64,000 nt of DNA, from positions 704,001 through 768,000 of the forward strand of contig CAVRDX010000001.1 of the NCBI GenBank assembly GCA_963719945.1, written 5' to 3'. The stretch is from an uncultured Thermoplasmata archaeon (GTDB taxonomy: Archaea > Thermoplasmatota > Thermoplasmata > UBA10834). The translations under genes and the position numbers were made by a program. The notes beneath the pieces were generated by a model. That model was not told where the DNA came from. It made no database searches and saw nothing but the letters and a program-made list of their open reading frames with translations. Shown piece by piece: positions 1 through 10,035 of the stretch. Every line of letters begins with the position of its first letter. The stretch's first letter is position 1.

Positions 1-40
1 CTGGCGCGGGTACAAGAAGAAGACCGAACACGCCAAATGA
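1..40 (+). CDS. 3' end of a gene truncated by the window edge
   Basis: Frame reads ...WRGYKKKTEHAK then TGA at 38-40, converging on the next gene. Confidence 0.4.
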   Translation, partial: WRGYKKKTEHAK

Positions 41-48
41 TCCTGTGT

Positions 49-300
49 CTAGCTACGGTCGAATCGTGCGCAGATCAGGGTCCTGGTCCCAGTCACTCCC
101 TGGATCGTGCGTATCCTATCGGTCACGATATCGCAGAGTTCGTCGAAATCCTTTGTCTCCAAACGCGCGATCATATCATACTGACCGAAGAGTTGGTGAA
201 CTTCTCCGAGCTCAGGGAGCAACCTCAGCTGTTCAAGGACCTTGGATTCCTTGCCGGTTGCGGTGGTTATCAGTACAAATCCCATTGCCAGGGCAATCAC
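49..300 (-). CDS. Stand-alone Lrp/AsnC ligand-binding (RAM) domain protein
   Basis: GFVLIT...EVHQLFGQYDMIARLE...IRTIQGVTGTRTL pattern; no HTH; start uncertain (285-300). Confidence 0.85.
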   Translation of the reverse strand: MIALAMGFVLITTATGKESKVLEQLRLLPELGEVHQLFGQYDMIARLETKDFDELCDIVTDRIRTIQGVTGTRTLICARFDRS

Positions 301-506
301 CTGAGATTGGCTTAATCGACTCTTACGTACTATAAGCTATCGGGATTGTCCATCGATGCACATTATTGAATGCCTGTGTTTGCCCGCTGCATGTACGCAT
401 ATGTTCATTTGCCAGCACTGGCTTGTTATGCCTACATGTGCCCAATTTCGCAATCGCGAGTGTGATTCTTAAATACGCGAGTGGATGATTGTGGAGGGTT
501 GTCATC

Positions 507-1100
507 ATGGCAGGCCTCATTATCCTAGAGGGCATCGATGGTTGCGGCAAGTCAACGGTTGCCAAGAGGTTAGCCAAGGCCCTCGGAGAAAATGTGGTCC
601 TGACTCGAGAACCCACAGACTCGTGGATGGGAAAGGCGGTCAAGGATGGGGACGGCAAGGAAGTCAGCCCATACACCGATGCGCTTCTATTCATGACGGA
701 CAGGGCTTATCACGTAGCTGAGATGGTCGAGGAGATCAAGAAGGGCAAGCTCATCGTATGTGATCGATACTACCACTCCACCGTAGCGTACCAGACAGCA
801 TCTCTTAAGAGGAAGGGACTGGGAGATAATTTCGGCTGGCTTCTGGACGCGAATACAAGGATCGCGATAAAACCGGATGTGACATATCTTCTGAGAGTGC
901 CTGTCGATGTCGCGCTTGAGAGGATGTCAGACCGGCCTGAGAAATCGAGGTTCGAGAAGGCGGAGTTCCTCCAGGAAGTGAGCACGAACTATGATCGTCT
1001 CGCATCCATGGACAGCACGATTGTAATGATCGATGCGACCAAGGACCCTGACGAAGTGCTCGAACAGATACTCTCAGACATTAAGGAGCGGAACATATAA
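507..1100 (+). CDS. tmk: Thymidylate kinase
   Basis: LEGIDGCGKST P-loop, TREP, CDRYYHSTVAYQ. Confidence 0.95.
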   Translation: MAGLIILEGIDGCGKSTVAKRLAKALGENVVLTREPTDSWMGKAVKDGDGKEVSPYTDALLFMTDRAYHVAEMVEEIKKGKLIVCDRYYHSTVAYQTASLKRKGLGDNFGWLLDANTRIAIKPDVTYLLRVPVDVALERMSDRPEKSRFEKAEFLQEVSTNYDRLASMDSTIVMIDATKDPDEVLEQILSDIKERNI

Positions 1101-1128
1101 TATGAGGAACAGGACTGGAAGTGGTTAG

Positions 1129-2322
1129 ATGCACCCGGCAGATCATCTCAGAGGAGCCAAGAGCGACAAGCTGAAGGGACGCAAGATAGTACTTGGTCTC
1201 ACGGGCAGCATCGCAGCCGTCGAATCGATCAGGCTGTGCAGGGAACTCATAAGGCACGGAGCGGAAGTGCATGTGGTCATGTCGCCAGATGCGAAGACAA
1301 TAGTGCACCCGTACGCAATGGAGTTCGCTTCAGGCAGACCAGCCATCACGGAAATCGATGGGGGCGTGCAGCATGTGGCCCTGTGCGGAGATGTTCCGGA
1401 CAAGGCCGAACTCCTGTTGATCGCGCCCGCCACCGCCAATACAATATCGAAGATAGCATGCGGCATCGATGACACACCGGTGACCACCTTCGCAACTACC
1501 GCTTTGGGAACTGGCATTCAGGTAGTAGTCGTGCCAGCTATGCACGGGACGATGATCAAGAACAAGGCCGTCATCGAGAATATCAAGAAACTCAGGGACA
1601 TGGGGGTCTTGGTACTCGAACCGAGGATGGAAGAGGCGAAGGCGAAGATGCCGGATATCGAGCACATAGTGACCTATGCGATCCGAACCGTAGGCAAGAA
1701 CGACCTGAAGGGGAGGAAGGTGCTCGTCATCGCAGGAGCCACCGAGGAACCGATGGACGACATCAGGGTGGTCACGAACAAGAGTTCCGGAGAGACTGGC
1801 ATCGAGTTCGCGAGAGCTGCCTATGAGCATGGCGCTACCGTGGACCTCTGGATGGGAAGATGCGATACGCCGATTCCGAGCTATTTCACAACGACGAGGT
1901 TCTCCAGCTTCAAAGAGCTGGCAGAGCTGATGGGGAAGGTGGACCATGACATCGTGTTCTTCCCAGCAGCGGTATCGGATTATTCACCGGACAAGTTCGA
2001 AGGTAAGATGCACTCCGACAAGGAAAGCATCACAGTGACGCTCAAGAGAAACCCCAAACTGATAGACACCATCAAGGCCAAGGTCGTCGTGGGATTCAAG
2101 GCGCAGGCGAAGCTGGACGACGAGGGATTGGTGAACGAGGCGAAATTGCTCCTCGACAGATCCAAGTGCTCTCTGGTAGTGGCCAACAAGATAGAGGAGG
2201 TCTCGAAGGGCAAGACGAGGGTCCTGCTCGTCGAGAAGAACGGACTGTTCATCAGTCTTGATGGCACCAAGTTCAATGTCGCCGAAAGGGTCGTCGACAG
2301 GGTTGCGAGGATGATACAATGA
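1129..2322 (+). CDS. coaBC: Bifunctional phosphopantothenoylcysteine decarboxylase/synthetase
   Basis: GLTGSIAA, APATANTISKIACG, PAMH, AGATEEPMDDIRVVTNKSSG, AAVSDY. Confidence 0.95.
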   Translation: MHPADHLRGAKSDKLKGRKIVLGLTGSIAAVESIRLCRELIRHGAEVHVVMSPDAKTIVHPYAMEFASGRPAITEIDGGVQHVALCGDVPDKAELLLIAPATANTISKIACGIDDTPVTTFATTALGTGIQVVVVPAMHGTMIKNKAVIENIKKLRDMGVLVLEPRMEEAKAKMPDIEHIVTYAIRTVGKNDLKGRKVLVIAGATEEPMDDIRVVTNKSSGETGIEFARAAYEHGATVDLWMGRCDTPIPSYFTTTRFSSFKELAELMGKVDHDIVFFPAAVSDYSPDKFEGKMHSDKESITVTLKRNPKLIDTIKAKVVVGFKAQAKLDDEGLVNEAKLLLDRSKCSLVVANKIEEVSKGKTRVLLVEKNGLFISLDGTKFNVAERVVDRVARMIQ

Positions 2323-3179
2323 AGGTCACGGCGTTCAGCCCGGGCCATATCACGGGCTTTTTTGAGATATGTCCAGGAAAGGATCCACTATCGACAGGAT
2401 CCAGGGGTGCAGGTGTGTGCATCTCCCTGGGTGCGACATCTGAAGTCCAGCTGGTGCCGGCGACCAAGCAGTCCGTGAAGGTTACGATAAACGGCAAGCA
2501 GAGTCGCGCGGAGGTCACCAGGGCAGCCATATCGCATCTGATAGGTGACACCGGCATGAGGGTGAACATAGCGACTCAACTCGACCTCCCCATTGGCCAA
2601 GGTTTCGGGATGAGCGCAGCTGGAACACTCTCCGCCGCCATCGCTACTGCGTATGTGATGGGCAGGGAGAGGCAGGAGGCGTTCGAAGCGGCTCACATAG
2701 CCGAGATCGAATGCGGTTGCGGACTCGGCGATGTCTCGGCGATACACAGAGGCGGCGTGACCATAAGGACGAGACCAGGGCTCCCTCCGAAAGGTGAGGT
2801 GCTCAGGGTCGACGACGACCGCGAGATTGTCCTCGCCATCATAGGGAAGAAGCTCCTGACGAAAGAGATATTGGAGGATGAGGAGACTCGCAATGACATC
2901 AATTCCAAGGGCGCGGGTCTTCTGGACAGCATGGTCAAGGACCAGACCGTCGAGCGACTCATGGTTAACTCGCGCATATTCGCGATAGAATCTGGCCTGG
3001 CGACCAAGAAGATCATCAAGGCCATGGACCTCGTGAACGGCCCTGGCATGGCCAGCATGTCGATGCTTGGCAATTCACTCTTCGCAATAGGAGATGTCGA
3101 GAGGATAAAGGAACGGCTCTCCAGCATAGGAGATGTCAGAGTGTGCAAGATAGACACACAGGGTCCCAGATTATTGTGA
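2319..3179 (+). CDS. Archaeal pantoate kinase (GHMP family)
   Basis: FSPGHITGFF, GSRGAG, LPIGQGFGMSAAG, AHIAEI..G.GLGDV; ATGA overlap with coaBC. Confidence 0.9.
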   Translation: MKVTAFSPGHITGFFEICPGKDPLSTGSRGAGVCISLGATSEVQLVPATKQSVKVTINGKQSRAEVTRAAISHLIGDTGMRVNIATQLDLPIGQGFGMSAAGTLSAAIATAYVMGRERQEAFEAAHIAEIECGCGLGDVSAIHRGGVTIRTRPGLPPKGEVLRVDDDREIVLAIIGKKLLTKEILEDEETRNDINSKGAGLLDSMVKDQTVERLMVNSRIFAIESGLATKKIIKAMDLVNGPGMASMSMLGNSLFAIGDVERIKERLSSIGDVRVCKIDTQGPRLL

Positions 3180-3190
3180 GATCGATCTGA

Positions 3191-3493
3191 CTACTCGTAG
3201 AGAGTGAACAATCTATCGTCGCAATTCACATCGAACAGTCCGATCCTTGCACCGCAGTCGAGCCATCCATGAGCATAATTTACGCATGCGAAAGCGTTGA
3301 TGAGATCACCCTTCTTCAGAAAATCCTTCGAGTCCTCGAAATATGCTCTGGCCATCCCCAAGAAATCATCCGCGAGCTTACGATTGAATGAACGCTCGGG
3401 AGCGGCGACCTCCAGCTTGGAGAGGGCTTGCGATGTGATGCCTATGTACCTCTCGACCTTCTCGACGCTGAGCACGCTCTCCTCGGATGACAT
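3191..3493 (-). CDS. DUF357 family protein
   Basis: MARAYFEDSKDFL..GD..NAFACVNYAHGWLDCGARIGLF. Confidence 0.85.
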   Translation of the reverse strand: MSSEESVLSVEKVERYIGITSQALSKLEVAAPERSFNRKLADDFLGMARAYFEDSKDFLKKGDLINAFACVNYAHGWLDCGARIGLFDVNCDDRLFTLYE

Positions 3494-3494
3494 T

Positions 3495-5096
3495 TCACAT
3501 CCTTCTCGACGGCACCACTTCCACGCTCTCGCCGCCGTGCTTGGACTCCCTCGGCCTGACCTCCACGAACAGAGGCATCGATACACCGCCACCGGTGATG
3601 ATCGCTGTACCTATGGGCAGACGCTGTATCTCATCTTCCATGCCGTCCGTGAGACCCTCGATCGATGATGTGATCGCCTTGAGGTCATTGGGATTGTTGA
3701 CTTTGAGTATGATCTGAGTATTGCACTGGCTCAGGACGTTCTTGTCTACCTTGGCCGGCCGTTGGGTGATGATCATCAGACCCAGTCCGAACTTACGGCC
3801 TTCGGATGCGATCGTCCTGAAGACTTTCGAGCATGCAACGACTCCCTGCTGAGGGCAGAAGTTGTGAGCCTCTTCGACCACGAGCATCAGAGGCGGGATC
3901 TTCCCGACCTTTCTCAGCTCGAACATCGCGTTGCAGACCCTGTTCACGATGAGCTCCTGTATATCAGGTGGCGTGCCTCTCAGGTTTATGATGGTTGTCT
4001 TTCCTTTCTGGATCAGCTCATCGATCTTGGTACCTTGCTCTGCGAACACCTCTATCTCATTCAGATACTCCAGTTCGCTTATCAGACCTGCACTGGAGGG
4101 TTCGGCGTTCGCCTCGAGTACTGCGATGATGTCCTTCAGAGAATAGCTATCTTTGGTTTCGCGAAGGGCTTCTACAGCCTTCCGCAACATCGTGAGATAC
4201 GACCTCACATTCTTTATGTTGGTCAAGCCAAGGATCTCCCTGGCGTCTAGATTGTGCAGTGTGAATCTTAGCGGCTTCGCGCCCTTGTTGATGTTGGTGT
4301 CCGTCGCGAACTCCATGATCCGGTCTTCATATCCCTTTGGCGTCACTCCGAAATCCCTGGTTGTCTTCTTTACAACGCCCTTCTGCTTCATGGTGGAGTA
4401 TTCGCCGTGAGGGTCTAGCACGCATACGGTTACCTTGTGCTTCATCATCTCTTCGATGAGAGCACCTGAACAGTATGATTTGCCGCCGCCAGTCTTGCTC
4501 AATATGCAGACGTGTTTCTGGACGAGAGCGTTGATGTCAAGTTCTACCCTAATTTCGTGACCCGTGAGAAGACCGATGTATGCGCCTACGTCGGTGTGCT
4601 CTTTGATGCCTACAATCTCCTTGATCAATTCCTCATCGGCGCGCAAGACATTCTCCCCGGCCTTCAGAGGAGTTCTCGGGACCTGCAGCAGACTGCGCTC
4701 GTCCCTGTAACCAACAATGGATACGACAGCGACCTCTTTCTCCTCGATCGGCACCGGTGTGCCGTGCTTCATGGATTGTACGCCATCTATTGTGAGGTTC
4801 GTGCGCCTCTCCACTTCGGAGACCTGCCCAAGAACGAAACCGTGGATCGGGTGGTTGACCTGCACATACTCCATCTTCTCGAGCGGTGCGGTTATCACCA
4901 TGTTGAATTTGAGAGTGCCGACATTGCCATAGATCATCCCGACTTCTTCGAGTCCGCCAGAGTGCTTCTTCTTGGATCCTCTCGCGTGCTTCGCTGGCTG
5001 CTCCTGGGCAGACTCTGCAGGGGTATCTTCGGCCATGACAGTCTCCAGTTCCTGCGGAGATAGAATCATCTGGTCAGTACCTTCGTTCACGTGCAT
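3495..5096 (-). CDS. HerA-like ATPase (HAS barrel + DUF87)
   Basis: HVCILSKTGGGKS Walker A, DPHGEY, VEEAHNF Walker B, EGRKFG, ITQRP; start uncertain (5036-5174). Confidence 0.88.
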   Translation of the reverse strand: MHVNEGTDQMILSPQELETVMAEDTPAESAQEQPAKHARGSKKKHSGGLEEVGMIYGNVGTLKFNMVITAPLEKMEYVQVNHPIHGFVLGQVSEVERRTNLTIDGVQSMKHGTPVPIEEKEVAVVSIVGYRDERSLLQVPRTPLKAGENVLRADEELIKEIVGIKEHTDVGAYIGLLTGHEIRVELDINALVQKHVCILSKTGGGKSYCSGALIEEMMKHKVTVCVLDPHGEYSTMKQKGVVKKTTRDFGVTPKGYEDRIMEFATDTNINKGAKPLRFTLHNLDAREILGLTNIKNVRSYLTMLRKAVEALRETKDSYSLKDIIAVLEANAEPSSAGLISELEYLNEIEVFAEQGTKIDELIQKGKTTIINLRGTPPDIQELIVNRVCNAMFELRKVGKIPPLMLVVEEAHNFCPQQGVVACSKVFRTIASEGRKFGLGLMIITQRPAKVDKNVLSQCNTQIILKVNNPNDLKAITSSIEGLTDGMEDEIQRLPIGTAIITGGGVSMPLFVEVRPRESKHGGESVEVVPSRRM

Positions 5097-5213
5097 CCCA
5101 TCTCGATTCCCTAATATGACAGTCTCGTCTATTAATCTTTTGCGAGAGCGAAATCCAGTCGAGACGACCGTCAATATATTAGAGAGGAAACAGCATTGTC
5201 GCCAGACGGTACC

Positions 5214-6068
5214 ATGTATGTCGTAGGGGGGTCGGCCTCTCAGAGGCTCTCGGTAGAACTCGCAAAAGTTCTCAAGGCCAAATTGGCCAAGGTTGAGATC
5301 AAACGGTTTCCAGATGATGAGTGCTATGTCAGGATAGACGAGGAACTGGAAGGAGAAGACGTCTTCCTCGTACAGACAACCTGGCCGGACAAGAACATCG
5401 TGGAACTCTTCCTACTCCAAGATGCCATCCGCGAGTTCGATGTCTCATCCTTGACTACGGTCGTTCCCTACTTCGGATATGCACGACAGGACAAGCAGTT
5501 CAAAACAGGCGAGCCCATAAGCGCGCGGGCCATCGCGCGTCTCATTCAATCGAACACTGATGAATTCATCACCGTAGATATCCACGCACCATCAGTGATA
5601 GACTGGTTCAATGGTGTATCCGCTAAGAACGCGCACGCGTACCCCGAGATAGGCAAGTTCCTGAAAGCAAAGGGAACGGAGGTGGTACTATCACCCGACG
5701 AGGGAAGATGGGACAACGCTAAGCGCATAGCCGATGTCATGAACTGTGAAGCCGACTATCTCGTCAAGGAGAGACTGGATGGCGAGACCGTGACGATGAC
5801 TCCTAAGTCGCTGGACGTGAAAGGCAAGAAAGTGGCGATCGTCGACGACATCATCTCGACGGGAGGCACCATCGTGAAAGCGGCAGAACAGCTGAAGAAG
5901 CAAGGGGCCGCTCACATCGTCGCCGCATGTACCCATGGGGTGTTCGCACGGGACGCGGTCCCGAAACTCAAGAGATGCTGCGACGAGATTTATTCGACTG
6001 ATACGATAGAAAACCCCACGACGACCATAAGTGTGGCGCCACAGATAGCTAGGATGGCAATGGACTGA
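5214..6068 (+). CDS. prs: Ribose-phosphate pyrophosphokinase
   Basis: KRFPDDECYVRI, PYFGYARQDK, VDDIISTGGT. Confidence 0.95.
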   Translation: MYVVGGSASQRLSVELAKVLKAKLAKVEIKRFPDDECYVRIDEELEGEDVFLVQTTWPDKNIVELFLLQDAIREFDVSSLTTVVPYFGYARQDKQFKTGEPISARAIARLIQSNTDEFITVDIHAPSVIDWFNGVSAKNAHAYPEIGKFLKAKGTEVVLSPDEGRWDNAKRIADVMNCEADYLVKERLDGETVTMTPKSLDVKGKKVAIVDDIISTGGTIVKAAEQLKKQGAAHIVAACTHGVFARDAVPKLKRCCDEIYSTDTIENPTTTISVAPQIARMAMD

Positions 6069-6116
6069 TTTCCAACCAAAAGCTACATAAGCCCCTCTAG
6101 GATTCTCGGAGCTGGC

Positions 6117-7514
6117 ATGAAGAAAGCAGAGGATTTCAGCGAGTGGTACAACGAAATCGTCGAAAAGGCGAACCTAACTGACAAGCGCTATCCCATCAAA
6201 GGGATGAACGTCTGGACGCCCTATGGCTGGAAGATAATGCAGGCCATCGACCGGCACATAAGGGAAGGTTTTGACGGCACCGACCACCAGGAAGTATGTT
6301 TCCCTCTGCTCGTGCCTGAGGACCAGTTCGCCAAGGAGAAGGAACATATCAAGGGATTCGACGCTGAGGTATTCTGGGTCACACATGCAGGGTTGAACCC
6401 CCTGGACGTCAGGCTGTTGCTCAGACCTACCAGCGAGACGGCAATGTATCCGATGTTCTCGCTATGGGTCAGGTCCCATGCGGACCTCCCTCTCAAGACA
6501 TATCAGATCGTCAACACTTTCAGGTACGAGACAAAGCAGACTCGTGCATTCATCAGGGTCAGGGAGATACACTTCTTCGAATCACACACATGCCATGCTG
6601 ATTTCGAGGATGCGGAGAGGCAGGTCAGGGAAGACTACGAAATCCTGGAGAAGCTCGCCGAGAAGTGGTGCATACCATACAGATTGCTCAAACGCACAAG
6701 CTGGGACAAGTTCCCGGGCGCATTCTACACGGTCGGAATAGACACGCTCCTCCCATCAGGCAGGAGCCTGCAATTGGGTTCAATTCACCAGTACAAAGAG
6801 AATTTCTCCCGACCATATGACATCAAGTATGAGGACGACCAGGGTCAGCACAAGTACGTCCATCAGACCACCTATGGCATGAGCGAGAGGCTGGTCGGTT
6901 CAATAGTCGCGATCCACGGGGATGACAAGGGATTGGTGCTGCCCCCGGAGGTGGCATCCATCCAGGTCGTGATCGTGCCCGTACTCGCGAAAGGAGCCAT
7001 CGACAAGGTCACCGAAGAGGCTAGACAGTTGCATAAAGAGTTGAAGCAAGCTGGCCTCAGGGTCCATATTGACGAGAGGGATGTCAGACCAGGTGTCAAA
7101 TACTATGATTGGGAGCTCAAAGGCGTCCCACTCAGACTGGAGCTGGGTATGAGGGACATCGATAATGGCAAGGTAACTCTCGTCCGCAGGGACATCGGTG
7201 CGAAGTCCTTGAATGACAGGCCCAGAGCAGTCGATGAAGTCAAAGAAATGCTCTCAACCATAGCCAGGGAGATGCTCGCAAGAGCTCAGAAGGAGATGGA
7301 TGACAACGTGGTCACCGTCGATTCCTTGGAAAACCTCCCCAGCAAGATGATCCGCACAGGATGGTGCGGGGATGAAGAGTGCGGTCATGCCATCGAGACT
7401 AAGTCGGACAAGAATATCCTGGGCACGCCGATAGTCGACGAGAAGTACGATGGCAAGTGTGTCATCTGTGGCAAGCCCACAAAGACCCCGGTCTATCTCG
7501 CAAATGCGATGTGA
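6117..7514 (+). CDS. proS: Proline--tRNA ligase (archaeal type)
   Basis: FSEWYNEIV, LRPTSET, FRYETK.TR.FIRVREI, YYDWELKGVPLR, C-terminal Zn-binding Cys. Confidence 0.97.
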   Translation: MKKAEDFSEWYNEIVEKANLTDKRYPIKGMNVWTPYGWKIMQAIDRHIREGFDGTDHQEVCFPLLVPEDQFAKEKEHIKGFDAEVFWVTHAGLNPLDVRLLLRPTSETAMYPMFSLWVRSHADLPLKTYQIVNTFRYETKQTRAFIRVREIHFFESHTCHADFEDAERQVREDYEILEKLAEKWCIPYRLLKRTSWDKFPGAFYTVGIDTLLPSGRSLQLGSIHQYKENFSRPYDIKYEDDQGQHKYVHQTTYGMSERLVGSIVAIHGDDKGLVLPPEVASIQVVIVPVLAKGAIDKVTEEARQLHKELKQAGLRVHIDERDVRPGVKYYDWELKGVPLRLELGMRDIDNGKVTLVRRDIGAKSLNDRPRAVDEVKEMLSTIAREMLARAQKEMDDNVVTVDSLENLPSKMIRTGWCGDEECGHAIETKSDKNILGTPIVDEKYDGKCVICGKPTKTPVYLANAM

Positions 7515-7548
7515 GAAAGATCCGTGTATCTCAGAAAGGCGACCAGAG

Positions 7549-7779
7549 TCACTGGGGCAGAGGCTTCTTCTTCCTGTAGAGCAGGATACCCACGATCCCA
7601 AAAAGCATGAGCGGGGCGTAAATCACATAGATGCCTATGTTCCCCTTATCGAATGGGTACCATGTGTCGTACATTATGCCCCATATCCAATAAAGAGCGA
7701 TTCCTGCGACTAGGAGCAGTGCATAGAACGAGAATGTCGCCTTTCTCTGAAATTCTGCACCTTCCGTCTCGACCATCAT
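7549..7779 (-). CDS. Small two-TM membrane protein
   Basis: Two hydrophobic helices then YRKKK; TATA-like TTTATA about 20 nt upstream of the ATG. Confidence 0.7.
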   Translation of the reverse strand: MMVETEGAEFQRKATFSFYALLLVAGIALYWIWGIMYDTWYPFDKGNIGIYVIYAPLMLFGIVGILLYRKKKPLPQ

Positions 7780-7857
7780 CGCGCCCAATGAATTGGCCGT
7801 ATAAATTGCTTTTGATATAGTCTTGGATCTATCATTCAGCCTGTTTCCTCGGCAAAT

Positions 7858-7928
7858 ATCCCATAGTAAGGGCATTTTGGACTACGAGCCAGTCAGTTTC
7901 GTGGTTCCTAATCCTGCAGGGTCCACCA
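7858..7928 (+). pseudogene. Decayed tRNA-like sequence (Arg-like)
   Basis: CCCATAG..TAAGGGCA..TGGACTACGAGCCAG..GGTTCCTAATCCTGC-AGGGTCC-ACCA then TTTT; landmarks in tRNA order but stems broken and D-arm shortened. Confidence 0.4.
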
Positions 7929-8087
7929 TTTTACTGGCTAATCGTTTTCGGTGCAACTATGCAGCTATTGAAGATCAGAACTCCCCCTGCGTGATACATA
8001 CATAGATCGGAGTCACCTGACCTCCAAAATCCCATATATTCTGACCAAAAGGTTCTTCAAAAAGAGCGGCAATTCTGGGCAGGGAAT

Positions 8088-8594
8088 TTGATGAAAGCAC
8101 TGGTTGCCTATTTATCCTCAACGGGGAACACGAAGAAGATAGCTGAGGCCATCTGCGACGAAATAAGATGCGAAAAGGACATCATGAAAATCGACGAGGT
8201 CGAGGACATCGGATCGTATGATATTTCATTCCTTGGCTTTCCCGTCCACGGGTATGGACCCGACAAGAAGACAAAGGAATTTCTGGAGAAGCATTGCACT
8301 GATGGACGCAAGATAGCACTCTTCATAACGCATGCTGCACCAGAGGAAGAACCGGAACTCCCGGAAACGCTCGCGAAGTTCAAGCAGGCGGCTGCCAGAG
8401 CGGATACCCAGGGCATTTTCAACTGCCAGGGAGAGCTTGCCAAAGGTGTGAAATTCATTATGAAGATAGCTCCAAGCAAGACGATGCGCTCACAAGCAAA
8501 GAAGGATAACAGCAAAGGGCAACCAGATTCGGCTCGAGTGGAGAAGGCCCGGGCCTTCGCTCGAGAGACTATGAGTCGATTGGAGATTCTTTGA
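8088..8594 (+). CDS. Flavodoxin family protein
   Basis: YLSSTGNTKKIAEAI FMN-binding loop, LGFPVHG, FNCQG. Confidence 0.88.
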   Translation: MMKALVAYLSSTGNTKKIAEAICDEIRCEKDIMKIDEVEDIGSYDISFLGFPVHGYGPDKKTKEFLEKHCTDGRKIALFITHAAPEEEPELPETLAKFKQAAARADTQGIFNCQGELAKGVKFIMKIAPSKTMRSQAKKDNSKGQPDSARVEKARAFARETMSRLEIL

Positions 8595-8768
8595 AACCGA
8601 ACAAGTACTCAGAACTCGCTAAACGGGCAAACTAGGGTTTTCTCTTTTCCCGCAGGTTGCCTTTGGTGAGCACTCCATCCCGTTGGCATGTCCAGATGAT
8701 GGCTTCAGGATGAGCAGAGGATGGTGGCAGACTCCTCTCACTGCGATAGACAGGTTCTAACCCGCCAT

Positions 8769-8951
8769 TCAACTTAGGATCCCCACAATCCATATAATCA
8801 CCACAACTGCAAGAAACAACACTATGAATGCGAGTATAGTCGTTCCGCGCAATCCAAAAGAAGTCTTCTCATTTTCCAGACGCGCCTCCGTACCTTTGTT
8901 CTGAACCGTAAGATGCTGTGATGGTGGTGGCAATTGTCCGCGCATTGGCAC
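8769..8951 (-). CDS. Small protein with C-terminal TM helix
   Basis: 60 aa; polar N-terminus, long hydrophobic C-terminus. Confidence 0.55.
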   Translation of the reverse strand: MPMRGQLPPPSQHLTVQNKGTEARLENEKTSFGLRGTTILAFIVLFLAVVVIIWIVGILS

Positions 8952-9055
8952 ATATGACAGATGTTGGAGACCTTAAGGATAGTCACGATATCCCGCATTC
9001 AATCCCTGAGAGAAGCCCTTAAGGCATCGAGAACGATTCGGATATAGGGAATGTC

Positions 9056-9358
9056 GTGAAGTGTCCTGATTGTGGATGCGACGTCAAATTTCAAAAATCT
9101 AGCATATCATGTTCCAAATGCAGCTGGCAGCCATCACCTACGGTCCTTAACATGTATCGACTGGCTCCTATGACGAATAGACGCATCTTGGGTGGAGGCA
9201 TATCCTTGCTCGCTTTCGCAGGGGCATACTTCGTCTTCTATGATCACATTTGGATGGCCATTGTGATGGGCGCCTGCGGTCTTGCGCTAGTACCAATAAA
9301 TCTTGCCGTTCGAGATTTCGCAGTCAAGAGAATGATTGCCGAGTATGATAGCATCTGA
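9056..9358 (+). CDS. Zinc-ribbon plus two-TM protein
   Basis: CPDC...CSKC followed by two hydrophobic segments. Confidence 0.7.
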   Translation: MKCPDCGCDVKFQKSSISCSKCSWQPSPTVLNMYRLAPMTNRRILGGGISLLAFAGAYFVFYDHIWMAIVMGACGLALVPINLAVRDFAVKRMIAEYDSI

Positions 9359-9670
9359 TCTCGACATTCCATGTATTCTTGTATGGATTCGATAAACCAA
9401 GTCAGGACATCGGAGTTCCAAAGGAGCATAGTGTCCTCTGCCGGACAATCTGGGCGATGCAAATCTCATATCTATCACGGGTTCGGTGCTTTCCTAGGAG
9501 ACACTTCAGACTTGCATGCAGGCCGACCCTGAGCGACACATTCGACCACAGCGACGATAGCTGACATCTGGAAGGTCTTTCTCCCTATAGTTTCGAGGAG
9601 ATTTACAAGATACAGGAAGTTCTTTAAGAGCGGCAAGGCCTGCAAACATGTATTCGCATTCAGTGGAGAG

Positions 9671-9910
9671 ATGACAAACATGGAAATGGATTCATTGGAG
9701 AGAGAATTAAGTGATTCTATATCTCGGTTCTTGAAGGAAAGAGGGATAACAGAACCAAGAATAGCGATCAAGAGCAAGAACGCCTCCAGGAGGCTGCCAA
9801 TACGAGCACAAGGCGTAACACATCGAGAGGGCTTTGTGGAATGGGAACGTCCAAGGATGAACATAACCAAGATGAAAATATCCATCGTCTTTTCATCACT
9901 GGAACCTTGA
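9671..9910 (+). CDS. Hypothetical basic protein or gene fragment
   Basis: 79 aa ORF; frame stays open upstream to a TGA at 9530. Confidence 0.35.
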   Translation: MTNMEMDSLERELSDSISRFLKERGITEPRIAIKSKNASRRLPIRAQGVTHREGFVEWERPRMNITKMKISIVFSSLEP

Positions 9911-10035
9911 TAAGGTCATCTACAATCCTCTGCAGTCAAAGAGAATCTACACTAGATGTAATTACGATCGATATGAGTGGAACTCCACAGAAAAGCCGAT
10001 AGTCCCACCATACACTAATGTGGCTGGGATTCGAA

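Noticed and set aside
340-445. Repeated CATRTG-like words between the Lrp-domain gene and tmk
   Set aside because: Short and irregularly spaced, and the adjacent protein has no DNA-binding domain
8960-9020. Second tRNA-like fragment (GATATCCCGCATTCAATCCC)
   Set aside because: Too degenerate; no stems or CCA end
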